Below are positions 9,463 through 22,200 of a stretch of 64,000 nt of DNA, piece by piece. The notes beneath the pieces are model-generated. The model had not been told where the DNA came from, did no database searches, and saw nothing but the letters and a program-made list of their open reading frames with translations. The position numbers were made by a program, and so were the translations under genes. This DNA comes from Cenarchaeum sp. (GTDB lineage: Archaea; Thermoproteota; Nitrososphaeria; Nitrososphaerales; Nitrosopumilaceae), in assembly GCA_963693095.2 (NCBI GenBank), contig OY843768.1, forward strand, positions 480,001 through 544,000, given 5' to 3'. Within the stretch, counting starts at the first letter, position 1; the number at the start of each line of letters is the position of its first letter.

Positions 9463-10147
9463 GGCCAAATACCGGACGTGCGTGTCAGTTGCCGAGCCGA
9501 CGCCGCGCAAGATGGCATCCTCGCTGCGCCGCGCCATGGCGAGCTCTGACTATGCGGAGCTCCGCCTGGACTTTATGCGCGCAGCCGACGTGCCTGACGC
9601 ACTCGAGCTTGCCGTGCCATACATGCACAGGTGCGTCTGCACGCTGCGCCCAATGCACGAGGGCGGCAGGTTTGCCGGCACCGAGGAGGAGCGCATATCG
9701 ACACTAAAGCTCGCCGCCGAATACTCGCCGATGCTCCTTGATGTCGAGCTGCGCACAATGTCCTCGCGCGCCTCGCTCCGGCGGTACCTGTCTGGCGCCG
9801 GCGCGCGCGTCCTCGTCTCGTGGCACGACTTTTCGGGGACCCCGTCAGCCGGCGCGCTCAGGGCGCGCCTTGCCTCGATGTCGCGCTACTCGAGTGACAT
9901 CAAGATTGTCACGACGGCGCGCTCTGAGCTTGACCCCTCGCGTGTCCTTGCGCTCTATGCGCACGCGGCGCCCTCGAGGCTAGTCGCCTTCTGCATGGGC
10001 GAGGCCGGCCGCGCCTCGCGCGTGCTCTGCCTGTGCCTTGGCAGCCCGTTCACGTACGCCTCGCTAGGGGCTCCGGTCGCTGCCGGCCAGATGCGCATAG
10101 GCGAGCTCAGGCGCCTCCTGCCCGCGCAGGCACGCTATACCCTTTAA
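9452..10147 (+). CDS. aroD: Type I 3-dehydroquinate dehydratase
   Basis: 'AELRLD', 'EGG.F', 'VSWHDF.GTP', 'KIVT', 'FCMGE.GR.SR', 'AAGQ'. Start inferred (TTG). Confidence 0.9.
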   Translation: MKSEAKYRTCVSVAEPTPRKMASSLRRAMASSDYAELRLDFMRAADVPDALELAVPYMHRCVCTLRPMHEGGRFAGTEEERISTLKLAAEYSPMLLDVELRTMSSRASLRRYLSGAGARVLVSWHDFSGTPSAGALRARLASMSRYSSDIKIVTTARSELDPSRVLALYAHAAPSRLVAFCMGEAGRASRVLCLCLGSPFTYASLGAPVAAGQMRIGELRRLLPAQARYTL

Positions 10148-10999
10148 ATGACGAGTGCCCAAATACCCGCCGTGCAGGGGACATACGCCGTGATAGGCGA
10201 CCCGATTGACCACTCGCTCTCGCCGGCTGCCCACAATGCGGCATTTCGCGAGCTCGGGATGGACTCGTCATACATCGCATACAGGATACGGCGCGGCGAC
10301 CTGCGTGATGGCCTCGAGTCCCTTGCCGCTGCGCGCATCGTGGGCTTTAACGTGACGATCCCGCACAAGGTTGACATTATGGAGTACCTTGACTCGACTG
10401 ATGCCGAATGTGAGGATGTCGGCGCATGCAACACGGTCAGCATCGACGGCGGTCGCCTCAAGGGCCACAACACGGACGTGCGCGGCTTTGTGGATCCGTT
10501 CACGAGGCGCGACATACGCGTGAGGGGCAGGACGGCCCTCGTGCTGGGTTCAGGCGGCGCTGCGCGCGCAGTCGTCCTTGGCCTTGCGCGCAGCGGGGTG
10601 AGCAGCATTGTGGTTGCGGCCCGCTCGCCGGCACGTGCGCAGGATCTCGTCGCACTCGCCGGCCGTTCCGGCGTTGCTGCCTCGCATGTCGGGATGGACG
10701 GTGCGGCCGGCGCTGCGGCCGATTCTGGCGTCATCGTCAACGCCACGCCGATCGGGATGGGCGGCGAGGAGAGCCCAGTTCCTGCCGCCTCTATCGGGGC
10801 CGACTCTGTGGTCTATGACATCGTGTACAGGCCAATGAAGACGGCACTCATCGAGTGCGCGCTTGCGCGCGGCGCAACAGTCGTGTACGGCCATGAGATG
10901 CTCGTGGGACAGGCAATGGGATCATTTGAGATATGGCATGGCGTTCCGGCGCCGTACGGTCCGATGAGGGGGGCAATCCTGGGGGTTGGCCACGCATGA
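10148..10999 (+). CDS. aroE: Shikimate dehydrogenase
   Basis: 'GDPIDHSLSP', 'FNVTIPHK', 'NTD', 'GSGGAARA', 'NATP.GM', 'DIVYRP'. Confidence 0.95.
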   Translation: MTSAQIPAVQGTYAVIGDPIDHSLSPAAHNAAFRELGMDSSYIAYRIRRGDLRDGLESLAAARIVGFNVTIPHKVDIMEYLDSTDAECEDVGACNTVSIDGGRLKGHNTDVRGFVDPFTRRDIRVRGRTALVLGSGGAARAVVLGLARSGVSSIVVAARSPARAQDLVALAGRSGVAASHVGMDGAAGAAADSGVIVNATPIGMGGEESPVPAASIGADSVVYDIVYRPMKTALIECALARGATVVYGHEMLVGQAMGSFEIWHGVPAPYGPMRGAILGVGHA

Positions 11000-11853
11000 T
11001 GCGCACGCGCGCCGAGATATTTGGCGCAATATCGCTTGTCAACGCCATTGCGACGGGGCGCGGCGCCACAATGGGCGTTGCGCTAAAGACCACATGCACG
11101 CTTGATGTGATGCCGGGCACGGGCATCACGGTAAAGTCCGGCATGCGCAGCCTGAGCTCGCGCCTCGTCGAGACTACTGTCGAGCGCGTTGTGGCAAAGC
11201 GCGACCTCGCAAAGTACGCGCTGCGCGTGCAGCTCGAGTCAGACGTCCCGTCCGGATACGGCCTAAAGAGCTCTAGTGCCATATCGCTGGCAGTCGCCAT
11301 GTGCTGCTCGCACGCGCTCCATCCCGGAATGTCAGACCGTGCGCTCCTCGTGGCCAGCGCCGAGGCGTCGATCTCGGCGCGAGTGAGCATAACTGGCGCG
11401 TACGATGACGCGTGCGCGTGCTATTATGGGGGAATCAACATTACTGACAACACGGCGCGTCGCCTCGTGCGCCACCAGGACGCGCCAGATGACCTTGATG
11501 TGGCCATACTCATCCCGCGCGCCCGAAAGCGCGGCAAGCCGCGCGAGCTGCGCGAGCTGCGCGCGCCCATGCGCGCCGCCTGGGACATGGCCCGCGACCA
11601 TGACGACTATTGGAACGCGATGACGCTAAACGGCCTTGCCGCAACGCCTGTCCTCGGTCCGGACACTGGCGCCATAGCGTCACTCATCGAGGCTGGCGCC
11701 CTCGGCGCGTCAGTCTCGGGCAACGGGCCGGCGGTGGCCGCCGTCGCGCCGCACGGCGACATTGGCGCCGTGGCCGGCGTCCTCTCGTCGATGGGCGGGC
11801 GCGTGATTCGCACGACGCCGAGCTGCCAAAAGGCGCGGTGCTCCATACTTTGA
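10996..11853 (+). CDS. aroK: Archaeal shikimate kinase (GHMP family)
   Basis: 'GAISLVNAIATG.G', 'PSGYGLKSSSA', 'SITGAYDDA', 'VSGNGP'. ATGA overlap with aroE. Confidence 0.93.
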   Translation: MMRTRAEIFGAISLVNAIATGRGATMGVALKTTCTLDVMPGTGITVKSGMRSLSSRLVETTVERVVAKRDLAKYALRVQLESDVPSGYGLKSSSAISLAVAMCCSHALHPGMSDRALLVASAEASISARVSITGAYDDACACYYGGINITDNTARRLVRHQDAPDDLDVAILIPRARKRGKPRELRELRAPMRAAWDMARDHDDYWNAMTLNGLAATPVLGPDTGAIASLIEAGALGASVSGNGPAVAAVAPHGDIGAVAGVLSSMGGRVIRTTPSCQKARCSIL

Positions 11854-13124
11854 TCTGCACAACGCGGCGATCTGGCCTGCGCGGCACGATTGCGTGTCCG
11901 GCCAGCAAGAGCTATACGCACAGGGCGCTCTTTGTGGCCTCGCTTGCCGACGGCTCGAGCGCCGTGCGCGGCGCGCTTGACTCACTTGACACGCGCGCAA
12001 CGGCCCGCGCGTGCGAGGCATTTGGCGCTACTGTGGACGGGCTCGGGACGCGCGAGGTTTGCATAGTCGGCCGCCCGCACCCGCACGCCGCGTCTATAAA
12101 TGCCGAGAACTCGGGGACGACACTGCGCATCGCCGCCGCAGTCGCCGCACTCTCGCCGGAGGTGACGAGGCTCACCGGAGACGAAAGCCTCTGCAGGAGG
12201 CCAGTCATGCACCTCGTCGACGCGCTCGAGTCAATGGGCGCGGCGTGCGAGTCTGCCGGCGGAACCCCGCCGCTCTCGGTTCGCGGGCCTGTCGGCGGCG
12301 GCCGCGTGAGCGTGCAGGGCAACGTGTCAAGCCAGTTCGTCTCGGCCCTCCTAATCATGGCCCCATGCACGCCTGACGGGATGGCGATATCTATCGAGGG
12401 CACCGTCGTGTCACAGCCGTACATCGATGCGACGATATCAGTCATGCGCCGCTTTGGCGCGCACGTCGAGGAGCGCTCTGCGCACAGGTCATACTTTGTC
12501 GCGCCGCGCCGATACTCGCCTGCGACGATCGACGTGCCATCTGACTATTCGAGCGCGGCCCTCCTCCTTGCGGCATCCGTGCTCACCGGCGACTCGCTCT
12601 GCGTCAGTGCGGGAGATGCGGGAATGCCACAGGGCGACACTGCGTTTCTTGGCATGCTTGACTCCATGGGCGTGCGCGTGTCAGATGCCAACGGTGCGCT
12701 GCGCACCTCCTCGCCTGATACCCTGCGCGGCGGCTCCTTTGACCTGTCTGACACGCCAGACCTCCTGCCGCCGCTGGCAATCCTGTCGCTAAGGTGCCCT
12801 GAGCGCATGGAGATAACGGGCATTGCGCACGCCCGAACAAAGGAGACTGACCGCATCGCAGTCCTCGCCGAGCAGCTCGCGCGCCTCGGCGTGCGCACCT
12901 CACAGCGCGATGACGCGCTCCTCCTCTGGCATGATGTCGGCTCTAAACCGCATGGCGCATCACTTGACTCTTGCGGGGACCACCGCATCTTTATGGCCCT
13001 GTGCATCGCCGGCCTTGCCCTCGGCGAGACGACAGTGGATGGTGCCGAGTCTGCCTCTGTGTCGTATCCGGGCTTTGTCGATGACATGCGCCGTGTCGGC
13101 GCGCAGATCGAGCTGGGCGCCTAG
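11838..13124 (+). CDS. aroA: 3-phosphoshikimate 1-carboxyvinyltransferase (EPSP synthase)
   Basis: 'PASKSYTHR', 'NSGTTLR', 'SSQFVSALL', 'KETDRI', 'DHRIFMA', 'VSYPGF'. Start approximate (GTG 11838 or TTG 11850). Confidence 0.95.
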   Translation: MLHTLICTTRRSGLRGTIACPASKSYTHRALFVASLADGSSAVRGALDSLDTRATARACEAFGATVDGLGTREVCIVGRPHPHAASINAENSGTTLRIAAAVAALSPEVTRLTGDESLCRRPVMHLVDALESMGAACESAGGTPPLSVRGPVGGGRVSVQGNVSSQFVSALLIMAPCTPDGMAISIEGTVVSQPYIDATISVMRRFGAHVEERSAHRSYFVAPRRYSPATIDVPSDYSSAALLLAASVLTGDSLCVSAGDAGMPQGDTAFLGMLDSMGVRVSDANGALRTSSPDTLRGGSFDLSDTPDLLPPLAILSLRCPERMEITGIAHARTKETDRIAVLAEQLARLGVRTSQRDDALLLWHDVGSKPHGASLDSCGDHRIFMALCIAGLALGETTVDGAESASVSYPGFVDDMRRVGAQIELGA

Positions 13125-13169
13125 GCTGCCACATAGCCACGCCGTTCTGGCGCCCCTGCGATCACGTTC

Positions 13170-13190
13170 GGGGGGGGGGGGGGGGGGGGG
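13170..13190 (+). repeat. G21 homopolymer upstream of giant gene 1
   Basis: 21 consecutive G, preceded by GATCACGTTC. Confidence 0.9.
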
Positions 13191-13240
13191 CATGGGAGAC
13201 TGGGTGAGTTATGGCCCGTGCGGCAGATATGGCAGAGTGA

Positions 13241-13247
13241 TTATATA
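13241..13247 (+). promoter_or_regulatory. TATA box of giant gene 1
   Basis: TTATATA 31 nt before ATG 13272, implying a leaderless or short-leader transcript. Confidence 0.75.
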
Positions 13248-13271
13248 CTTGGGCGTTTCTCTAGGCGCACA

Positions 13272-16200
13272 ATGTGGGCTTGGAGGGCTGCCGTGGTGGC
13301 TCTAGTGGGGGTTGTTGCGCTCGGTGCGATCTCTGGCGTGATGGCCCAGGAGGCGCTGACGGCAAGCCCACTCACGACGCGCACGCTAGTCGACGGCGTG
13401 CCCACGCAGGTCCACGCAAAGGTCGGCTCGACAATATCCATCTCCGTAGAGACGTCCTCGGCAGTCACGATTACCACCTCGGACGTGTCGTTCTTTGGGC
13501 GTGGCAGCCAGGCCGTTGCGCCAACGTCAGTGACCGGCAGCGGGACGTCATGGGAGGTGCGCCTCAACGTGGTCAACTCGCACGTCGAGGGCCCGCTGCG
13601 GTTCTGGATTACCGCCCATGATGCGGTGATGCCGACTAGCACGATCACGCTCACCGAGGCCGACATTGCCGGACACCATGTCAGCATTGACCGGACGCGG
13701 CCAGAATTCACCATCACGCCGACGTCATCGACGACAACGCTAGTGACGCTCAACGAGCCGCTCTCGCCGCTAGTTGCCGCGTCGCGCGAGCTTGACGTGT
13801 CACGGTGGTGCGTCAATGACTCACAGACCCGGCAGATCATGTGCTCGCCTGATGCCGACTATAACAGGGACGTGACATCTGCGACCGTGCTGTCCTTGGG
13901 CCTGTCGCCGGTGATCCTGCTGACCCACGAGCCGGTGGTTCACCTCTCTGACATGGTTGTGGTCTTTGACCACCACGACACCTCCACGCCGTTCCTGTTC
14001 ACCGACGCTGCGCTGAACCTCCCGGCGATCCCCGCATCACAGTCGGGTGTTGATGCGTCCATGCAGCGCATCTTTGTGTCCCCGCCGGCCGCCTCGTCTG
14101 ACCACGTGTTTCCGTTCACCGCGGAGTATGACGTGGGCAACCGGAGGATCCTTGTGCGCATGGGAGACGCGATAGGGCTGACCGGCAATCTGACGCCGGC
14201 CAACTGGCGTGTGGAGCATGGGGAGCCTTCGCCTGATGTCACCACAAATGACCTCCTGACACGGACCATCACGCAGTCTCCGCCGTCTGAGACTGATCTT
14301 CACGTCAGGTACATCGGCCTTGTGCCTGCGGCGACGGTGCCCGAGAACGCAAACCTGTGGGTCACGTACACGCCGGGCGGCTCCCCGCCGCTTCGCGTGG
14401 GCACCGCCGGAATGATCCTCACGGGCAGTGCCCAGTTTGCGCTAAACCCCGACACGCGGCCAACGACGCTGACGGTCAGCGCGCAGCGCGATTCGGGCTC
14501 CGGACCGGCCTCTTATGATGGCGACTTGAGGGCATCTGACACCATCACAGTCACGATGCGCCTCAGGGAGGCGACACTGAGCACGTCAGTCCCGACGATA
14601 TCGTTCTTTGGTGAGGCGGCCGTGGACATGACGGGCACTGCAGGCGGGCGGGACTGGACCGCCACGCTTGCCGTTCGTGACGATGACGCGTCCACCGATG
14701 GGGTCAACGAGGGCACGCCAGAGGGCAGCGTGGAGTTTGACATCACTGCGACGAACGTGGGGCTCACGGCGGTGCGCTACGACGAGTCGCACGTGACTGA
14801 CGGCTCGTCGGTGAGCGTGGATCGCACGCCGCCACAGGTCCGCACGGCAAAGTTTGTGGACTCGCGCTCAGAGATACACGTTGTGCCCGATGAGCCCGTC
14901 TCGCACACGTCATTGACGGATCTCTTTACGGCCACTAGCGGCGGCTCGGAGGTGGAGCTCTCGGACGTGACGTTTGACGCGCTGCGTGGCGCATACGTGA
15001 TCGAGATCACCGCGGCCGCGCAGGGCTCGACATACGTCCTCACGCCTACGGCGGGGGCGATCACGGACGGTGCGGGCAACGCGCTTGCCGGATCGTTCAG
15101 CGTGGTCGACGAGTCCGCCGCGCCGACAGTCACGTCAATGTCACTTGATGTCCTGCGCGCCGACGAGGCCGGCATGTATGTGCTCCGCAGCGGGGCGCAC
15201 GCCGAGTACGCAATGGCCGATGACGTGATCCGCGTAACCCTCGGGCTCAACGAGATCACCCATCCCATCACGGTGCCGACCGTGCGCTTTTTTGACCAGC
15301 AAACTCCAGTTGCCATGAACGGCTCACCGGGCGACATGGCCTGGACGGCAGACTTTCTCGTCACGTCCATGACGCGTGAGGGGTCTGTCGAGTTTGACAT
15401 TGTCGCCCTGGACTATGTCGGCAATGCTGCAGACATTGACGAGACTGGCGTCACGGACATGTCAGACGCAATCGTCGACCTCACGGCGCCATTGGCGTCA
15501 CCGTCCATGACGTTTAGCTATACTGCGACTCCGACGGGATTCACGCTGTTCTTTGCGGAGGATCTTGACGACACGACTGTCATGACCTCGGCCTTTGTCC
15601 TAAAGAGCCCCGAGGGCGGCGTCGTCATGCAGAGTGCCGCGCCGACCTATGCGGCCTCGACGCCTAGCGCGCAGGCCGGTGTGAGCTTTACGACTGCGGC
15701 GCTCTCTGACGGGGACCATACAGTCGAGATCGCCACCTCGCTCACCGACAGGGCCGGAAACTCGTACGTGGCCGACGATGTGACCGTATACGTTGACACG
15801 ACGGCCCCGACGGTGACTGGGATTGCCACCGAGTCCTCCACGACGACAATAGTGACGCTTGATGAGGCAGTCATGGCCGACGGCAACGCAGCTCAGCGCT
15901 TGCGGCACTGGACGGTGACTGATGATGACCCTGATGGGTCGTCTGGCCCTATAGAGGCTCCCGTGAGGGCGATCTCAAACGTGGAGGTGATAGACACGGA
16001 AGGCATGGCCGCCGCGTCTGGCGAACGCATACGCATCACGCATGCGTCCCTGGCCTCGACTGCCTCGACTCCGACTGTGGCGTATACGCCAGTGTCTACT
16101 GACGTTGGTGGCATCGGCGCAGTCACCCTTGGCCTGGTGACTGACGCCTCGCCACCGCTGGCCACCAGGCTTGCTGCCGTGCCGGCCACAGAGGCAGATG

Positions 16201-19200
16201 ACCTTGCGTCCCCGACGGCGAATGATCCGAGCTTTACGAACGCGCGCACGATAACGTTTACGCTGAGCGAGCCTGTGGTGCGGACGTTCCTTGAGCGAAC
16301 GACCGTCTCGCCCTCCCTTGGGACCGTGACTGTCAGCGTTGACGGACTCCGTGTCACCCTGAGCGGCACGACTAACGCCATTGACGGCACAACATACTCG
16401 ATAGAGGTGCCTAGCGCCGTGAATGACTTGAGGTGTGTTGGCATGCCGGACACATGCGAGCCCAACATGTTCTCGCTCGATAGTGTGGAGCTGGTCTATG
16501 GTGACACATACGCCCCCACGGCAGATTCTGCGACCTTTCTGTCCTCCTCGCGCATAGATGTTGAGGTCAGTGAGACACTCGATGCAGACACGCTGTCTGG
16601 CATTACAGTAAGCCCGCCACTGGGAACTCTCACAGTGACCCAGTTTGACCTGACAGTCGTGATCAGCTTTACCGGCACGCCGAGTGCCGGCACGGAATAT
16701 ACGGTGACGATTCCGACGACGGTTACTGATGCGGCCACTCCGCCCAACGCCTTTGCCCTCACCACGCTCACGGAGACGTACAGCGCTGACATGACTCAAC
16801 CCACATTGGTCTCTGCCACCCAGACGTCATACGGCGTGTTCGTCTTGAGGTTTAGCGAACCCATCACGGGGACTACCACAACGGGTGACTGGTTCGTGTG
16901 GGATAACCGAGCTCCGGATCTTGATCCAGATGCTATTCGATTTCCCGCCATAGTGAACGTCGCGCTGGACGGCGGCTTTGCCACCTCTGCGACTTCGCTC
17001 ACAATACCTGGAACCGGCGCACTTGTGCGAGAGATCACGCTGTCAGTCAGGGTCGAGTCCACAGAATCCAGGCCGATAGTTCAGCATGTTGGAAGCGGCC
17101 TTACGGATCTGTCAGGTAACATCCTTCGAGACACTGACAGGAGCAATGAGCATGGTTCCGTACGTACCATAGACGAGGCACCTCCTGAATCCCTGGGCAT
17201 CGTGGTAGAGTCGACCAGAGCGCGCCAGGCAGATCTGGTTCCGGGCATCGACATTGGCACACAGCTCGTAAAGACTGGAGACACGGTGACATTTACTGTT
17301 GAGTTTGATGGCAGCTCGAGCGCGCTTCGCACAGTTTTTCCGCGCACAACACTTGAGGTAAACCCAACAATACAGTACGTTAGGGGCGGTACGACATACC
17401 CGCTGGCATACCATAGTGATGTGGAGAACTGGTCGCACACCCTGGCCATCACAGGGGATATGCCTGATGGCCTGCTCGTGCCGTTCATAACGATCAAAGA
17501 CCAAGCCGGCAACATCGGAGAGTACCTGGGAGCATCCACCAATCCCAATGCGTGTGACCGTATCGCGGACGCTATACCTGCGAATCGGGCGACAGGGTGC
17601 CTGCAGGGGGTGGGACTAGAGCAGGGCCTGCCACGGCTCTTCCCCACCGTGGACAACTCGCCGCCGGTGATCGAGTCAGCAGAGACGACGACGACTACGA
17701 CGACGCTAGTCACGCTTGATGAGCCTGTCCTCACATCTACGGGCACGCCCGCCCAGATTGCTGACAACTGGGCGATGACTAGCGGCACAGATACCGTCAA
17801 CGTCAGCTCGGCGGCCGTGGATGGCTCCGAGGTGACGCTCACACACGATACGCTTGACACCTATGCGACGCCGACGCTCACATACACGAGGGGGACAACT
17901 GAGGATGCGGGACGCATCATTGACAGGGTGGATAACAGCCTTGCCCAGGCAGACTCGGTTCCCGTGGCAGACGGCACGGCACCCGCGTTCGTCTCGGCAA
18001 CCATTGGGGCATCACCGTCGCGCACGGTCACTGTGATATTCAGTGAGGATATCGCCCGGTCCTCGGTGAGCGCCACGACGATAATGCTTGAGGACTCGGA
18101 CGGCACGGCCGTCGGGGGCACCCTGCTGTACCACGATCCAGACAACGAGGACACCGTGGCGATAACGTTTCCGTCCAGCGCTGTGGCGCTAGACGGCATG
18201 TACACCCTGCGCATAACGACGGGGATAACGGACGCCTCGCCGCAGGCGAACCCACTGCCAGCCGAGGCTACGGCAAGCATAGCCCTAAACACGGAGGCTC
18301 CGTACATGGTGTCGGCCACAACACGCCTTCCAGCCTCATCACTCCTTGCTCTCTCTGGATACAACACTCAACCTGGACCTGTCAGCACCGTGTTACACTT
18401 GTATGATGGGGCACAGTCTAGGTCTGTGGTGCCCTCGCCGCTTAGCGCAATCACTACGGTGACACTCAGCGAGCCTGTGACTACGCCGGGTTCTGCCACT
18501 ATGGAGAATGTGAGATCCCACTGGAAAGTTGCGGCAGGCTCGACGGACCTGACCGTGACGTCCGTTGCCGTGTCTGGCAGGACAGTCGCCATAACGCACT
18601 CTATACCGGCCAGTACGGACAGCACGTTCACGGTAACGCACACGGTCGGCGACAGTGCGGGGCTCGTCATGGACTCGGCGAACGCCAACATCGCAGACGA
18701 TGAGAATGCCCAGTCATCTGATGGCATCATCCCACTGTGGAGCGCGCGTCTCACAGGCCCCACGACTGCGCTAGTGACGTTCAGCGAGCCGGTGATGCAG
18801 GTTCCTGGCACAACTGCCATTGACGCGTGGAGGGCATCTGGCCGCGGTGACCTTGCTGACCAGCGAATGGGAGAGGACAGGTACAGCCGCGCAAACGACG
18901 GCGATCGCCGCCTGGCAAGCGCCACGCTCTCTGATGACGGGAGGAGCATGACGCTGGAGATGAGCGCGGCAATACCCACAGACGACAGGGCGTACTCGGC
19001 CACAAACCTCCCCTGGATAAAGTACTATCCTGGCGCATTTGCGAGGCAGTCGCCGGTGCCCGCCACAGCCATCGCCAACACAATCGTGGACTTGGCAGGC
19101 AATGCGCTAACTGACCGCGTGTACCAGACAGGCGACGGCATTGCCCCCGTTCTCACAGTCGCCTCGTTTGACGGCACGACGATGAGCGTGACGTCATCCA

Positions 19201-22200
19201 GGCCGCTTGACTCGGCGACGATCCAGGGCGGCAACTTTGTCCTGAGGGGGCCGGGCTCGCTGACAACCACGCACACGCCGACGCTTGTGGCGGGCGGCAC
19301 GACTAGCGCGTTCTCGCTGGCCTTTTCGCCTGCCCTGACGCTGTCCGGCTCGTACACGATGGTTCTCGGGGACGTTTATGACACGGTCACCACGCAGCAT
19401 CCGGGCGAGACCAGGGCAGGCAACCGCCTCGTCCTCAGCGAGCCAACAGTCATGTTCCTCCCGTCGGGCGCCACGAACCCAGTGCTCGCATCGGCCGAGA
19501 CGCTCACAAAGACGACGACGCAAGTCACGTTTAATCAGCCCGTGGAGGGCATGACGTCGCGCAGCCAGTGGACCATCACGTCACAGGGCCTGACGATAAA
19601 TGTCCTCGGCGTGGCCGCCGGCTCGGCGACACCCGTGGATAGCGCCGATCCAATAACGGTTGCCCGCAGTGGCGCGACGCTGACAATGACGCTGCTCCAC
19701 GATGCCATCTCCTCGGGCCTGACGCCTGGGATTGACTATGATCCCGCCGGCGATACCAGTATAGCCGATGCGAACAGGCTGCGCGACAACTCCAACAACG
19801 CCGTATTGGGGACTGGCACCACTGGCCCCACGGCGACTGACGGCATTCCGCCGCAGGTGTCTGATGCGACGTTCATTGCACGCAACGGGCTCCGGTTGAC
19901 CTTTGAGGAGCCCCTTGCGCAGGCAAGCGTGACGGCGATGGGCACGACATTTACGATCACCGACCCGTCAGGGGATCCCGTGAGCCTTGCGAGTGATAAT
20001 CCCGTGAGCTATTCCGCATCGTCACAGTCAGTCACGCTGATCCTCGAAGACTTTACCACGGAGCATGGCGACTATGGCATCACAATCGTCGGCGTCACTG
20101 ACACCGTGTCGCCTACCGCAAACTCGTGCACCGCCATGACGTGCACGACAACGGCGGACCGCGAGGTTCAGCTTCCGGTGCTGGGCACCACTGGCTCGCT
20201 TGTCGCCAGCGTCCTGTCAGGCGACCCGCTGGCCGCAAAGTCCACAAACCCAAACATCGCCACGGGTGGCGACACGCTGCGTGTGGCACTCACGCTGGCT
20301 GGCATTGTGCCGGATCCGGCCGCGCCGTCTGTGATCGACTCGGCACTCCTGAGGGATATTGACATCCCGACGATCAGCTTCTTTGGTGGCGCAGAGGTGA
20401 TCATGACTGACGTCACGCAGGCAGGCTCGCCGGCAAAGTCATCCTGGTCTATTGACTATATCGTGCCGTCCACGCCGCAAAGGGATGCACAGGCCGAGTT
20501 TTCGATAACGATCGGACATAACCTCGACACGGCCACGTTCACGCGGGCCGAGCTGACGTCTGGCACGGCAGTCAGCGTCGACACAAAGCCCCCCGGCCTC
20601 TCGGCGTCTGCTGCTGACCCCCTGTACACGAGAACCGAGGCGGTGGGCGCGACTGCTGGCCTCGGCTCGGCACGCAACGCGCAAGTGGGCGACGTGATGC
20701 TCGTCGTGCTCACCACTGACGAGCCGCTCTCTGGCGTCATCCTCGGCGATGCGACATTCTCTAGCGGCCGTGCCGCAACAGATGTCTCGTCTGACCACAC
20801 GTCGCGCGGAATCACCCCCGCGCTCCCGGAGGACACGTACGTCTATTCGCGCACCGTGGCCTCTGATGAGCCCGAGGGTCCTGTAGAGTTCTCGATCACG
20901 GTTCGCGACGCAGTCGGCAACACGGACACCCTGGACGCCGATGACCTGCCCACGGGGGATGACGCGACGGGCTATCGCCTGAGCGTCGACAGGACAGCGC
21001 CTACTGTGAGCAGCGCAATGTTCACCTCTCCTACAGTGCTGACCATAACGTTCGGCGAGTCCGGGATTCAAACGCTGCCTGCGACGCTGACGCTGACTAG
21101 GACATCTACGCCAGGCACGACGACTTCGACGCTGACTGCGACGCTCTCCGGGGAGCCTGATGGCGCGTCTGTGACATACACCGTTCCGGCAATCCAGCCG
21201 TACGCCCCCGAAAGCGCCGAGTACACGTTCACGCTGCCTGCGACGATCCTCGATGATGCGCTCAACGCATACGTGCCGCCCGCAGACGCCATTATGGTCT
21301 CCGAGTCACCCGTCACGATCTCCTCGGCTGAGACATCGTCGACTACCGTCACGGATGTCACGCTCTCGGCGCCGCCGGCCGCACTGGGCACCGACGCAAC
21401 GCCTGCCACGCCAGCCACGCCTGCGCAGATCGCCTCGCACTGGTCAGTCTCTGAGGTTATCGACGGCACGACAGTCACCAGGGAGGTCACGGGCGCTGCG
21501 ATAACGGACTCCACGATTCGCCTCACGCACGCGCCCCTTGCGTCATCATCCTCGACTCCCTCGGTGGCGTACACGGCGCCTGCGTCACGGGCGGTCGGAC
21601 AGCTCGTTGATGCCACCTCGAGCACGCTCTCTGTCCAGACGTTTAGCGGAACCGCGGCTGATGGCGCGCCGCCCGTGATGACGGCACGCTTCACAACGCC
21701 TGCAATCATCACAGTCACGCTGGACTCGCCGTACGTGACCACGCCGGCCGAGCGGGCCCCGGCGCTGTCAAACACAATGTCCCCGATGGACAACGCCGCG
21801 ACGTTCACGCTGGCCCAGGCCCCGCCTACGACGCTCACGCTGAGCCTTGGCGGCACCGTGGATGACGGGACATACGAGTTCACAATCACGGTATATGACT
21901 CAAACGGCAACATGGGAGTACAGGCCTTTTCACTCGACAGGGACTCGACTAGCATATTCGCCTCGGCAAGAACCCTCTCGCACACAAGCGTCGAGGTCTC
22001 CTTTGCGCTCGGCACGGCGCTAGCGCAGGGCGTGACCTCCCTTGATCCCGCGCGCTGGACAGTCATCACGCCCGTGGAGGGCGCCCAGGGAGCCACAACG
22101 ATCACGGTGGCCTCCGTGTCGGCCCTCGCGGACAACAAGGTGACGCTCACGCTGGCCTCGCCGGGCATGGTGGCCTCGGACGGCACGCCTGACACGGCGG

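Noticed and set aside
13170-13190. Poly-G as a pure sequencing artefact, or as a coding frameshift switch
   Set aside because: Both tracts sit at equivalent non-coding promoter positions after a shared motif, which argues against a random artefact (exact lengths may still be unreliable). They lie upstream of the start codons, so they cannot frameshift the proteins.
13218-13271. ORF-track start of giant 1 at 13218
   Set aside because: It would include the TATA box. ATG 13272 gives a clean signal peptide and the same TATA spacing as other genes.
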